Source: a virus
Taxonomy: Duplodnaviria > Caudoviricetes
IMG/VR virus record: IMGVR_UViG_3300047509_000095
Location: 1-54,341 of that record
Length of the DNA stretch: 54,341 nt
Strand: one strand, 5' to 3'
A program made the translations under genes and the position numbers. Each line of letters begins with the position of its first letter. Position 1 is the stretch's first letter. Below the pieces are notes generated by a model, which was given only the letters and a program-made list of their open reading frames with translations, made no database searches and had not been told where the DNA came from. Positions 1 to 8,669 of this stretch are shown one piece after another.

Positions 1-127
1 GCCGAGCTGGTCATTCTCTTTGGTGAGTCTGGCGCGGGCAAGAGTTTCACGGCGCTGGACCTGGCCGGCGCTGTGGCCCGCGGCATAGAGTGGCGCGGCA
101 ACCGGACCCGCAAGGGGCGCGTCGTGT
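1..127. repeat. 127-bp terminal direct repeat (circular-assembly overlap), copy 1
   Basis: Bases 1-127 are identical to 54215-54341. The length matches a typical assembler k-mer and the repeat lies inside a continuous ORF. Confidence 0.95.
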
Positions 128-921
128 ACATCGCTGCCGAAGGCGCTGGGGGTTTCCGCAATCGCCTGCTGGCGTACGCGCAGCGTGAGGGTATCGCCTT
201 GGGCGATGTCGACCTGCACGTGATCGCGGCGGCGCCGAACCTGCTTGAGCGCATCGATGCGCTGGACGTGGCCCGGTCGATCGGCAAGGCCGACCTGGTC
301 TTCGTCGACACCCTGGCCCAGGCCACGGCCGGCAGCAACGAGAACTCGGGCGAGGACATGGGCAAGGCCCTATCCCACTGCAAGGGTATCCATCGCGCCA
401 CTGGTGCCACCGTGGTGCTTGTCCACCACGCCGGCAAGGACTTGACCAAGGGCGCCCGTGGGTGGTCGGGCCTACGGGCCGCTGCCGACGCCGAGATAGA
501 GGTGTCCAGGCAGGAGCCTATCCGCATGCTGCGCATGACCAAGCAGAAGGACGGCGAGGACGGCAAGTGCATCTACTTTGACCTTACCCAGGTGCCTATC
601 GGCATGGACGAGGATGGCGACACGATCACCTCGTGCGTCATGAACTACGACGTGACGGCGCCGGTGGCGAAGCAGGGCGGCCCCAAGTTGAACCAGTGGG
701 AGACCCTAATCATGACCTCTTTGACAATCATATCCGAGTCACAGTCGGCCGGGATTGAGAAGAAAGCGGTCGTCCTGGACGCATTGGAGGCGTACAAAAC
801 ACAGGGTGGCGTTAATACTTCGGCAAGGGATTTACTGAACAGGGCGGTTAAAACGTTGGCAACAAAGGAATATTTTATTGTCGAGGATGACTGTATCGAG
901 CTCCTGAAAGGCGACCTATGA
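1..921 (+). CDS. Primase-helicase, C-terminal part (RecA-like AAA helicase domain); continues from 53012 across the contig junction
   Basis: Frame from base 1 reads AELVILFGESGAGKSF (Walker A), then LVFVDT (Walker B) and VHHAGK..RG.S, typical of RepA/AAA_25. It is in frame with the ORF starting at 53012. Confidence 0.9.
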   Translation, partial: AELVILFGESGAGKSFTALDLAGAVARGIEWRGNRTRKGRVVYIAAEGAGGFRNRLLAYAQREGIALGDVDLHVIAAAPNLLERIDALDVARSIGKADLVFVDTLAQATAGSNENSGEDMGKALSHCKGIHRATGATVVLVHHAGKDLTKGARGWSGLRAAADAEIEVSRQEPIRMLRMTKQKDGEDGKCIYFDLTQVPIGMDEDGDTITSCVMNYDVTAPVAKQGGPKLNQWETLIMTSLTIISESQSAGIEKKAVVLDALEAYKTQGGVNTSARDLLNRAVKTLATKEYFIVEDDCIELLKGDL

Positions 922-923
922 AC

Positions 924-1057
924 TCGCAAAACATTACATGTGGTTGTTTTTGCGACACAACAAACCCAACAACAGGCCCAACAACATGTTGTGTCGGGAA
1001 CCTAAAAAACCCAACAACACAACAAACCCCTTTAGGGGTGTTGTGTTGTTGGGTTTT
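924..1057. repeat. Iteron-like repeats and long palindrome; candidate replication origin
   Basis: CCCAACAACA occurs at 965, 977 and 1010. A near-perfect hairpin spans 1006-1057, and CGACACAACA/TGTTGTGTCG is inverted at 953-996. The region lies directly after the primase-helicase gene. Confidence 0.6.
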
Positions 1058-1125
1058 ATAACCCGCGAAGTTTTACCAGTTGGAGCGTACTTGCAAATTT
1101 TTACTAGACAGAGATTGAGGATGAT

Positions 1126-1341
1126 ATGAAACATAAAAATGTACCTAATAGCAACCATATCGAAAATTGTAATTTTGTCGGCGTGCAATGGGATTCCAAA
1201 GCAGTCGCTACTGTTCAAACTATCCCCGACGGCTTACTGGAAAACGCCAAAGCATTTCACTCGCTGATTAGCGTTCTTAAAGCCCAGAACGTAGAGATAA
1301 AAGCAATGCTTAATATCGAAACGCCTCGGGGTGAAAAATGA
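1126..1341 (+). CDS. Hypothetical protein (71 aa)
   Basis: GAGGA RBS upstream; stop overlaps the next start (ATGA). Confidence 0.65.
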   Translation: MKHKNVPNSNHIENCNFVGVQWDSKAVATVQTIPDGLLENAKAFHSLISVLKAQNVEIKAMLNIETPRGEK

Positions 1342-2213
1342 AAACCTTCGGAAGCGTTTTGATCACCGGCGGCACCGGCTTCTTCGGCCGTGGTTGCGTG
1401 AGAGCATTGCTCGACGGCAAGCTGTCGGATCGGGTGTGTATTTACAGCCGGGACGAGTACAAGCAGTCGCTGATGCGGGCCGAGTTCAAGGACGACCCAC
1501 GGCTGCGTTTCTTCGTTGGCGATGTCCGGGACAAAGACCGGCTGACACAGGCTATGCAAGGCGTGAACGTGGTGATCCACGCCGCTGCGTTGAAGCGAGT
1601 CGAGGTAGGGGAATACAACCCGGCCGAGATGGTCAAGACGAACGTGCTCGGGTCCATGAACGTGATCGACGCCGCCTACCTGGCGGGGGTGCAGAAAGTT
1701 GTCATGCTGTCTACAGACAAGGCTTGCGAGCCAGCTAACGCCTACGGCGCGTCGAAGCTCATGGCCGAGAAGCTATTCCTGGCCGCGAACGTCACCCACG
1801 GCATGGCCCGCACCTACACAGGGCCGAAGTATGCGGTCTGCCGGTACGGCAACGTCGCCGGTAGCACAGGGTCGGTGATCCCGACCTGGCGCCGCATCCT
1901 GGCCGAAGGGGGGCGCTTGAGCGTGACGGACCGCTGGTGTACCCGGTTTTTCATGACCCTAGACGAGGCCGTGCGTTTGGTGATCAACACGGCCACGACG
2001 ATGAAAGGGGGTGAACTGGCGATACCGCAGCTGCCAGCCTATCGGCTGCAGGATCTGGTCGTCGCTCTCGGGGGCAATCTTGAGGCAGTTAAATCGACAG
2101 GCCTCGGCAAAGGCGAGAAGCTGCACGAGTCCATGGTGCCGGGCGCGACGAGCTACGAAGCACGGCGCATGACGATCGATGAACTTCGGGAGGCACTGAG
2201 CCATGTCGTATAA
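1338..2213 (+). CDS. pseB: UDP-N-acetylglucosamine 4,6-dehydratase (PseB/FlaA1-like)
   Basis: TGGTGFFG Rossmann motif, YSRDEYKQ, GDVRD, HAAALK, catalytic STDKA and YGASK, RYGNVAGSTGSVIP, TRFFM. Confidence 0.88.
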   Translation: MKTFGSVLITGGTGFFGRGCVRALLDGKLSDRVCIYSRDEYKQSLMRAEFKDDPRLRFFVGDVRDKDRLTQAMQGVNVVIHAAALKRVEVGEYNPAEMVKTNVLGSMNVIDAAYLAGVQKVVMLSTDKACEPANAYGASKLMAEKLFLAANVTHGMARTYTGPKYAVCRYGNVAGSTGSVIPTWRRILAEGGRLSVTDRWCTRFFMTLDEAVRLVINTATTMKGGELAIPQLPAYRLQDLVVALGGNLEAVKSTGLGKGEKLHESMVPGATSYEARRMTIDELREALSHVV

Positions 2214-2439
2214 CCCTAAGTTCGGATACCGCGTTGATACAGTCGGCCGCGCTTGCTTCGCGTTCAAAAATGGCGATGGTTTCTGGTCCTACTACGCCGA
2301 CAACGTGAACGGCACGACGGAGCGCGACGGCGCCATCGAGTTCGATGGCAAGGTGTGGCGATCGCAAACCGGGCGGGTTGTCCACGCGCCGAAGGCGGTC
2401 ATGGACGATTTTTGTTTTCTTGTAGCAGTGGAGGCTTGA
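2203..2439 (+). CDS. Hypothetical protein (78 aa)
   Basis: GGAGG RBS; tightly packed between pseB and pseC. Confidence 0.6.
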   Translation: MSYNPKFGYRVDTVGRACFAFKNGDGFWSYYADNVNGTTERDGAIEFDGKVWRSQTGRVVHAPKAVMDDFCFLVAVEA

Positions 2440-2440
2440 C

Positions 2441-3073
2441 ATGTACAACCCGCACCAAGTCACGAAGGACTTCGAGGCCGCTCTTTGTGCCTACACGGGA
2501 GCGCGCTTCGCGGTCACGACCACATCATGCACGCAGGCGATCCTGATGGCGTTGGCGTGGAACAATACGGCCTTTCGCGAAGGCGGGGTGCTTTGGGCGT
2601 TCATGCCGCCTACCATTTGGATGCCAAAATTTAGCTATGTCGGCGTGCCGGCCGCCGCAAAGAATGCCGGGTTTAAGGTGTTCTTCGCGGACGACGATTG
2701 GGATGGGGAGTACCGATTGAAGCCAACCCCGGTCTGGGACAGTGCGCGCCGCTTTACTTCCAATATGTACCGTCCAGGTGCGATGCAGTGCGTGTCCTTC
2801 CACTGGTCCAAAACCCTTGGCCTATCCCAGGGCGGCGCTATCCTGCATGACAACCCCGAAGCCGATGCATGGCTGCGGCGCGCGCGCTTCGATGGCCGCA
2901 CCGAGGGCGTCGACCCGAAGAACGACCAGGTGCAGTACCCATCCTGGCATGCGTACCTGTCACCCGAGGTGGCCGCCCACGGGTTGATGAAATTGTCGCT
3001 GCTGCCGAAGCACAACCCCGACTTACCCAAGTCGGATTATCCCGACCTCTCACTCATAAAGGCCTTTCAATAA
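2441..3073 (+). CDS. pseC: DegT/DnrJ/EryC1/StrS PLP-dependent sugar aminotransferase, short form (PseC-like)
   Basis: FE..L..YTGA...V..SCT.A, DSA, and SFHWSKTL (PLP lysine) followed by GGAI. Only 210 aa. The PseC role is inferred from context. Confidence 0.75.
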   Translation: MYNPHQVTKDFEAALCAYTGARFAVTTTSCTQAILMALAWNNTAFREGGVLWAFMPPTIWMPKFSYVGVPAAAKNAGFKVFFADDDWDGEYRLKPTPVWDSARRFTSNMYRPGAMQCVSFHWSKTLGLSQGGAILHDNPEADAWLRRARFDGRTEGVDPKNDQVQYPSWHAYLSPEVAAHGLMKLSLLPKHNPDLPKSDYPDLSLIKAFQ

Positions 3074-3435
3074 TGGACATTCGAAACGACTTGACGATGC
3101 AAGTGGCCGCGCGCGACGGCAAAGTAATCCTGCTGTTTTCGCGCCACCATGAGGCAACCAACGACCTCGTGCCCGAGAAGACGGATCACATGATGCTCGA
3201 CCCGCAAGGCGCGCTGCTCGCCGCCGAGTGCATGAGCGCGATGGCGTTTGAGGCCGACACTGGCCTCAAACCTGTGGGTGAGGTGCTCAAGGTCGAGCTG
3301 GTGCAGAAGCACCGCGAGAAGCTGGCGCCGCGCTTGGCGTTGATGCTGAACTCCATGCGCGAAAACAAGCGCATCACAAACCAGCAATTGGCCAAGCAGA
3401 TGCTCGACGCTTTCTGCAGCGAGGTGTTCTCGTGA
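3073..3435 (+). CDS. Hypothetical protein (about 120 aa, MDIRNDLTMQ...)
   Basis: TAATG coupling to the upstream stop; its stop overlaps the pseF start. Confidence 0.65.
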   Translation: MDIRNDLTMQVAARDGKVILLFSRHHEATNDLVPEKTDHMMLDPQGALLAAECMSAMAFEADTGLKPVGEVLKVELVQKHREKLAPRLALMLNSMRENKRITNQQLAKQMLDAFCSEVFS

Positions 3436-4022
3436 ACGCGCGCATTGCCATCATCCCGGCGCGGGGCAACAGCCGGCGCATCTACAAGAAAAACATCGCG
3501 CTATTCCACGGGAAGCCAATCATCGCTTACTCCATAGAGACAGCGCTCGCGTGCAATCTGTTCGATGCTGTGATCGTGTCGACCGACAGCCAAGAGATTG
3601 CCGACATCGCCCAGATCTATGGCGCTGTGGCGCTGATGCGCGACGCCGAGCACTCGGAAGACCACGTCGGCACACAGGACGTAGCGCGCAACGTGCTCGA
3701 CGAGCTCAAAGAGAACGGACATGCATTTGCATACGCATGCGTGATCTACCCCACGGCGCCGATGATGACGCCGGGCGACCTCATCGCCGGGTACACCGAG
3801 ATCGAAGCATCAGGCGCTGGCTTCGTGATGTCGGTGGGCGATGCGCCGCTGGCCGACGCGGGGCAGTGGTACTGGGGGGTGCCCGATTACTTCGGGGTCG
3901 ATCCGCTCATCTCGACGCGCACGACGATGTACCCGATTCCGAAAGAGAGGGTATGCGATGTCAATCACCCCGATGATTGGGCGCAGGCCGAGGCGATGTA
4001 CAAAAAATGGAAAGGAATTTGA
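3432..4022 (+). CDS. pseF: Acylneuraminate/pseudaminic acid cytidylyltransferase (PseF-like)
   Basis: IAIIPARGNSRRIYKKNI..F.GKPIIAYSI, VSTDS.EI, IYPTAP, DAGQWYWG (PseF-like DAGQFYW), D...DDW. Confidence 0.88.
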   Translation: MNARIAIIPARGNSRRIYKKNIALFHGKPIIAYSIETALACNLFDAVIVSTDSQEIADIAQIYGAVALMRDAEHSEDHVGTQDVARNVLDELKENGHAFAYACVIYPTAPMMTPGDLIAGYTEIEASGAGFVMSVGDAPLADAGQWYWGVPDYFGVDPLISTRTTMYPIPKERVCDVNHPDDWAQAEAMYKKWKGI

Positions 4023-4024
4023 TC

Positions 4025-5137
4025 ATGAAATGGTGCCGTACTTGCTGTTACCCGGACACGAAGCCCGACCTGCATTTCGATGAGACAGGCCAGTGCAGCG
4101 CGTGCGTGAACCACGCTAAGCGCCCAACGATCGAATGGGCCGCGCGCGAGCAGGAGCTGCGCGCGCTGCTGGCGAACGCGAAGCCGAACCGCTCGGGTTA
4201 CAACTGCATCGTGCCGTCGTCGGGCGGGAAGGACAGCACGTTTCAAGTCCTGAAGATGATCGAGATGGGCGCCAAGCCGCTCGTCGTAACCGCGGCCACC
4301 TGCTACATGACCGAGATCGGCCGCAAGAATATCGACAACCTGGCGCGTTTCGCGACCACGATTCAAGTGACGCCAAATCGCGCCGTGCGGGCGAAGCTGA
4401 ACCGGCTTGCGCTGCGGATGGTGGGCGACGTGTCATGGCCTGAGCACTGCTTGATCTTCACCACGCCGTTCAAGGCGGCCGTCGACTACGACATCCCGCT
4501 CGTCATGTATGGAGAAAACCCACAGGAAGCGTACGGCGGCCCGCAGGGCAGCGACGCAGCCAAGACCATGACCCGGCGCTGGGTGAGCGAGTTCGGCGGC
4601 TTCCTGGGCCTGCGCCCCGCCGACTTCGTTGGTCTTGACGGCATCACTGCGCAAGACATGCAGGACTACATGCCACCGACCGAAGGCATGATCTATGGCC
4701 AAGGTATCGAGGCGCACTTCCTCGGCCAATACCTCGAGTGGGACTCGAAGATGAATTTCAAGGTGGCTGTCGACAATGGTATGCAGTTCAAGAACCCGGC
4801 GCGCGCGAACTGGTGGGGTTTCGAGAACCTGGACAACGCGCTGCATGGTCTCCATGATTTTATGATGTACAGGAAGTACGGGTATGGTCGAGGCGCCGCG
4901 CAGATCAGTGTCGATGTGCGCAATGGTGAGACGCGATTGGAAAGCGCGCGCAGCTGGTGCACGCACAACGATGGCATTTTCCCTGCCGCGTATGGCGGCG
5001 TTCACGTTCACGATATCCTCGCACACATCGGCGTGACGATGGACGAGTTCAAGCGGATCGTTGACAGGTTCACTGATTGGTCGCTCTTCGATCGTGTTGG
5101 CGAAGACGGCGCGCGCCTCAAGGTGCCGCAATGCTAG
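4025..5137 (+). CDS. N-acetyl sugar amidotransferase (PseA/WbuX/WbpG family)
   Basis: N-terminal CxxC..PDTKP...CSAC, PP-loop SGGKDS, YGEN..EAYGG, HDFMMYRKYGYGR...QIS..VR. Confidence 0.85.
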   Translation: MKWCRTCCYPDTKPDLHFDETGQCSACVNHAKRPTIEWAAREQELRALLANAKPNRSGYNCIVPSSGGKDSTFQVLKMIEMGAKPLVVTAATCYMTEIGRKNIDNLARFATTIQVTPNRAVRAKLNRLALRMVGDVSWPEHCLIFTTPFKAAVDYDIPLVMYGENPQEAYGGPQGSDAAKTMTRRWVSEFGGFLGLRPADFVGLDGITAQDMQDYMPPTEGMIYGQGIEAHFLGQYLEWDSKMNFKVAVDNGMQFKNPARANWWGFENLDNALHGLHDFMMYRKYGYGRGAAQISVDVRNGETRLESARSWCTHNDGIFPAAYGGVHVHDILAHIGVTMDEFKRIVDRFTDWSLFDRVGEDGARLKVPQC

Positions 5138-5883
5138 CCAAGCGCATCATACCGTGCCTCCTGGTCCGGGGTCGCCAGCTCGTGAAGGGCAAGCAATTTC
5201 GTTCATGGCGCAGCGTAGGCGTCGCCGAACAGGCTGCTCGCATCTACGCCGCGCGTGGCGCCGACGAACTGTGCATCTTGAACATCGGCGCAACGCCGAG
5301 CAATGAAGGCCCGGACTTCGCCATGGTCGAGCGCATGACGGCGAACAACTTCTGCCCCGTGTCGGTGGGTGGGGGTGTGCAGACTGTGGAAGATGTTCGG
5401 CAATTACTGCTCGCAGGCGCGGATAAGGTGGTCATCAACACAGCCGTTGCAGAGAGCAAAACATTGTTGCGTGCTTGCGCCGACAAATATGGGTCGCAAG
5501 CCATTTGCGTAAGTATCGATTATACGGATGGCAGAATAGCCACGCACTGCGGGGCTATTATATGGGATTCGCAACCGTTTTATGGTGTGGCGATGCAAGC
5601 GGAAGGCGCGCAGCATTGCGGAGCCGGCGAGATCCTGCTCACATCTATCGACCGTGACGGCATGATGGAAGGCTACGACCTCGACATGATCAGGGCCGTG
5701 TCTGCCGCTGTCGATATCCCTGTAATCGCAGCAGGGGGGTGCGGCACGCCACAACATGCGCTTGAAGCGTTGCAGGCCGGCGCCGACGCTGTGGCGATCG
5801 GCTCCATGTTTTTGTTCACTGACCACACCCCCTCGAGTGTGGCGGAATACCTCACCTCGAAAGGAATTGTATGTCGGACCTAG
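5131..5883 (+). CDS. hisF: HisF-like cyclase subunit (WbuZ-type partner of the sugar amidotransferase)
   Basis: MLAKRIIPCLL, GADEL, VGGGV, GADKVVINT, GAGEILLTSIDRDG...GYD, IPVIAAGG. It directly follows the amidotransferase. Confidence 0.85.
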   Translation: MLAKRIIPCLLVRGRQLVKGKQFRSWRSVGVAEQAARIYAARGADELCILNIGATPSNEGPDFAMVERMTANNFCPVSVGGGVQTVEDVRQLLLAGADKVVINTAVAESKTLLRACADKYGSQAICVSIDYTDGRIATHCGAIIWDSQPFYGVAMQAEGAQHCGAGEILLTSIDRDGMMEGYDLDMIRAVSAAVDIPVIAAGGCGTPQHALEALQAGADAVAIGSMFLFTDHTPSSVAEYLTSKGIVCRT

Positions 5884-6281
5884 TTTTAACTTCGGTGTAC
5901 GAAGATGCGCACGCCTCACATTACCTGTACGCTCTGTTGGCGCAACGCGAAATGCACGAGAGCATCAGCCACAAGACAATGCCGGAAGTGCCGGATCATA
6001 TCGCGTTCATCGACAGCAAACCTTACGAGGCGTGGTATCTGGTGTGGGTAGGTAGTGCACCGGTCGGGGCCGTGTACCTGTCCAAGCAGCGCGAGATCGG
6101 TATTGCGATCTTCAAGGAGCACCGCCGGCGCGGGTACGGGGTTAAAGCTGTGGTGGCGCTGATGGAACTACATCCCGGCAAATTTTTGGCGAACATCAAC
6201 CCGGGTAACGCCGGCTCGCAGGCGATGTTCAGGAAGTTGGGCTTCGATATGGTGCAAGTGACTTACGGGGTGGAAGCATGA
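5871..6281 (+). CDS. GNAT N-acetyltransferase (PseH-like by context)
   Basis: Acetyl-CoA motif HRRRGYG and N..N..S...FRKLGF. Confidence 0.75.
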   Translation: MSDLVLTSVYEDAHASHYLYALLAQREMHESISHKTMPEVPDHIAFIDSKPYEAWYLVWVGSAPVGAVYLSKQREIGIAIFKEHRRRGYGVKAVVALMELHPGKFLANINPGNAGSQAMFRKLGFDMVQVTYGVEA

Positions 6282-6556
6282 AACTCGCGTGCGGGATGGT
6301 CGTGTTCCTCCGCATGGCGTTTAGCGACCATCGCCGTTTGCATTACGGCGAGCACGCCAAGAAAGTAGTGATACACCCAGAGCATTACGCCGAACTGGTG
6401 CTCGAACTTGAGCCCCAATTCATCTATTTCAACCCCACCAATCCAATCCAGATGCCACCGGGTGCGCTGATGTTTGAAGGCATACTCGTGGAATCGTCTG
6501 AAGAGCCAGGCACGCCGAAGCTCATCAATTGCAAAAATGAGGTGATCTACTTATGA
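6278..6556 (+). CDS. Hypothetical protein (92 aa)
   Basis: ATGA overlaps at both ends within the operon. Confidence 0.65.
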   Translation: MKLACGMVVFLRMAFSDHRRLHYGEHAKKVVIHPEHYAELVLELEPQFIYFNPTNPIQMPPGALMFEGILVESSEEPGTPKLINCKNEVIYL

Positions 6557-7533
6557 AACAGCCTTTCATCGTCGCCGAGCTTTCGGCATCGCATAACGGC
6601 AGCCTTGAGCGCGCACTGGCAATTGTTGATGCTGCCGCTAATGCGGGTGCTGATGCTCTAAAAATCCAGACGTGGGAACCTGACACGATGTGCCTCGACC
6701 GTTCCTACGTGCTCCCCAAAGGGCGCTGGGCGGGCACGAACTTGTTCGACTTGTACCGCGAAGCGCATTTGCCTTGGGAATGGCACAAGCCGATCTTCGA
6801 CCGCTGCCGCGAGCGTGGCATCGAGTGCTTCAGCGCGCCGTTCGATAAGGCGTCCGTCGATTTTCTCGAAACGCTGGGCGTGAAGCGATTTAAGATCGCC
6901 TCGTTTGAGCTGGTCGATCTTGATCTGATTCGGTATGCAGCCTGCTCGGGCACCCCCATGATTCTGAGCACGGGCATGGCATCGCTGGATGAGATCAAGG
7001 CTGCAGTTACCGCATGTGAACAGGAGGGTTGCCGAGACATCACACTCCTGCAATGCACCAGCGCGTATCCTGCTGACGCGAGCGACGCCAACCTGCTGAC
7101 AATGCGGTCCATGAACATCGAGACTGGCTGGCCCGTCGGGCTGTCCGACCACACACCCGGCATCGGTGTGGCCGTGGCCGCCGTCGCACTTGGCGCGGTC
7201 ATGGTTGAGAAGCACATGACGCTGAGTAGGGCGGATGGTGGCCTGGATGCATCGTTCAGCATGGAACCGCACGAGTTTAAGCAGATGGTGGTCGAGTGCC
7301 GGCGCGCAGCCAGCGCCAGCGCCATCGGCACGCCAGTCTACGGGTGCGGGCCGAATGAGAGCACCGAACTGCGCCGGTCGCTGTACTGGGCGAAGGACAT
7401 CAAGGCGGGGGAGGTAATAACGGCTGAGCATATACGGACGGCTAGGCCAGCGCTCGGGGCTTACTGCGACGCCGCAGCGCTGTTCGTTGGTGAGACAGCG
7501 AAGTGCAGCCACAAGGCGGGTATGCCGGTATGA
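6553..7533 (+). CDS. pseI: Pseudaminic acid synthase (PseI, NeuB family) with C-terminal SAF domain
   Basis: IVAELSASHNGSLERA, GADALKIQT, LYREAHLPWEWH (PseI-like), KIASFE, ILSTGMA, CTSAYP, GLSDHT, EKHMTL.R..GG.DASFSMEP.EF, RRSLY..KDIKAGE. Confidence 0.9.
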   Translation: MKQPFIVAELSASHNGSLERALAIVDAAANAGADALKIQTWEPDTMCLDRSYVLPKGRWAGTNLFDLYREAHLPWEWHKPIFDRCRERGIECFSAPFDKASVDFLETLGVKRFKIASFELVDLDLIRYAACSGTPMILSTGMASLDEIKAAVTACEQEGCRDITLLQCTSAYPADASDANLLTMRSMNIETGWPVGLSDHTPGIGVAVAAVALGAVMVEKHMTLSRADGGLDASFSMEPHEFKQMVVECRRAASASAIGTPVYGCGPNESTELRRSLYWAKDIKAGEVITAEHIRTARPALGAYCDAAALFVGETAKCSHKAGMPV

Positions 7534-7718
7534 TTGACTGGTTCCGCGTCATCACCGACCTTGAGCGGGTCTACAGCCTAGCGCAGATCGGCCGGGCCGT
7601 GAACCTGGACGCCGCTACGGTGTGGCGGTACAAGGGCGGCGCGGAACCAAAGTACTCGGTTGGGGTGGCTTTGTTGGATATGCATAGCAAGTTGCCAAAA
7701 ATAAAGCCCGCTCAGTAG
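7530..7718 (+). CDS. Small HTH (Cro-like) protein
   Basis: SLAQIGRAVNLDAATVWRYKGGAEP HTH pattern; ATGA overlap with pseI. Confidence 0.7.
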   Translation: MIDWFRVITDLERVYSLAQIGRAVNLDAATVWRYKGGAEPKYSVGVALLDMHSKLPKIKPAQ

Positions 7719-7728
7719 CGGGCTTTAT
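7701..7728. terminator. Bidirectional intrinsic terminator-like hairpin
   Basis: ATAAAGCCCGCT-CAGT-AGCGGGCTTTAT, a perfect 12-bp stem between convergent genes. Confidence 0.8.
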
Positions 7729-7744
7729 GTTGGAGCGGTGTTGG

Positions 7745-7960
7745 CTATTTCGTATTGGGGAACTTGGTAAAAGTTGTTCCTTCAGGGGCGCCGCGCGATA
7801 TGGTATCCGAGATCAGACCGAACACCGGGACTTCCTTAAGCCAAATAAAATCAGTTCCGATTTTGATGCCCAGCACACCGGCCGGGGTTTCGTAGTAGCC
7901 CTTGGCGTTGCCGTTAAAGGATTTAACCCGGCCAAGTTGATTTTCGTTAAGGGTTGCCAT
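7745..7960 (-). CDS. Hypothetical protein (71 aa)
   Basis: Has its own promoter and a GGAGA RBS. Confidence 0.7.
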   Translation of the reverse strand: MATLNENQLGRVKSFNGNAKGYYETPAGVLGIKIGTDFIWLKEVPVFGLISDTISRGAPEGTTFTKFPNTK

Positions 7961-7995
7961 GTTTTTCTCCGGTTGGGTTGTGCTGCGATGACTGA

Positions 7996-8023
7996 ACTAT
8001 AGCACGGAATCCGTGCATTGCAA
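7996..8023 (-). promoter_or_regulatory. Sigma70-like promoter with palindromic operator, copy 1
   Basis: TTGCAA-16 nt-TATAGT with extended -10 TG; the spacer holds the palindrome GCACGG-N3-CCGTGC (8002-8016). Confidence 0.75.
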
Positions 8024-8027
8024 GGGT

Positions 8028-8204
8028 TTATTTCACGAATATTTTGATCATGAACAATTCCCACAGGCCTGGGTGCATTGCTGCCTTGCCCGCTTCCCAG
8101 TCCTGCCAGGTGCGCATGGTGGACTGGATCAAGGCTGCCGCTGCCGTTTGGGACAACCCGGCCACTACGCGAGCGGCGCGGATTTCTGGGGGTGTGGGGC
8201 TCAT
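8028..8204 (-). CDS. KorC-like XRE HTH repressor (58 aa; not in the ORF track)
   Basis: Manual translation: MSPTPPEIRAARVVAGLSQTAAAALIQSTMRTWQDWEAGKAAMHPGLWELFMIKIFVK. Confidence 0.8.
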   Translation of the reverse strand: MSPTPPEIRAARVVAGLSQTAAAALIQSTMRTWQDWEAGKAAMHPGLWELFMIKIFVK

Positions 8205-8206
8205 GA

Positions 8207-8602
8207 CTACACCGCGAAAGGGGAGATGCCATATTTCGTGGCGATTTGCTTACGCTTCGTTTCGGCTTTATCGGATGCGTGGCGAGTGAACTCCCGGAAG
8301 GAGGCGCCAACAGCGATTTTCAACACGCGGGCCTGATTCAGCGTGGTGTTGTAGTTGATCGACTCGTCGGTGTTCGCAAATTCCGCTTTGGCCAGGCCCA
8401 CTTTAGTGTTGTAAGCCGTCTCAGCCTCCGACCGAATGGTTTTTGTATCCCTCCCACTATGGCGGGTTGCGCAAACGCAACCGAAGTAGAACACCACACC
8501 ATCGTCGCGTTCCATGGCGACAGTTGATTTCAAGTTCGATTTGCCGCAGCAATCGCAAGTATTAACATCGTCTACGATTGCGAGAGTCTTGTAAGTTGCC
8601 AT
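8207..8602 (-). CDS. Hypothetical Zn-binding protein (131 aa)
   Basis: CDCCGK..LK.TV ... FGCVCA; own promoter and RBS. Confidence 0.7.
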   Translation of the reverse strand: MATYKTLAIVDDVNTCDCCGKSNLKSTVAMERDDGVVFYFGCVCATRHSGRDTKTIRSEAETAYNTKVGLAKAEFANTDESINYNTTLNQARVLKIAVGASFREFTRHASDKAETKRKQIATKYGISPFAV

Positions 8603-8641
8603 GATTTTCTCCGGTTGGGTTTGTGCTGCTGGTATGACTGA

Positions 8642-8669
8642 ACTATAGCACGGATTCCGTGCATTGCAA
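8642..8669 (-). promoter_or_regulatory. Sigma70-like promoter with palindromic operator, copy 2
   Basis: Near-identical to 7996-8023; operator at 8648-8662. Confidence 0.75.

Noticed and set aside
1-127. Biological direct terminal repeat
   Set aside because: It is exactly 127 bp and falls mid-gene, the signature of a circular assembly overlap rather than packaged genome ends.
938-1129. 63-aa ORF over the repeat region
   Set aside because: Its Asn/Pro content simply reflects the CCCAACAACA repeats and there is no RBS, so it is treated as non-coding.
5131-5883. Histidine biosynthesis auxiliary metabolic gene
   Set aside because: No other his genes are present, and adjacency to a sugar amidotransferase indicates the WbuZ-type role.
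1338-7533. Host chromosomal contamination or prophage flank
   Set aside because: The cluster is inside the circular unit, co-oriented, and coupled by start/stop overlaps to phage-type small genes. Read mapping would still be the definitive check.
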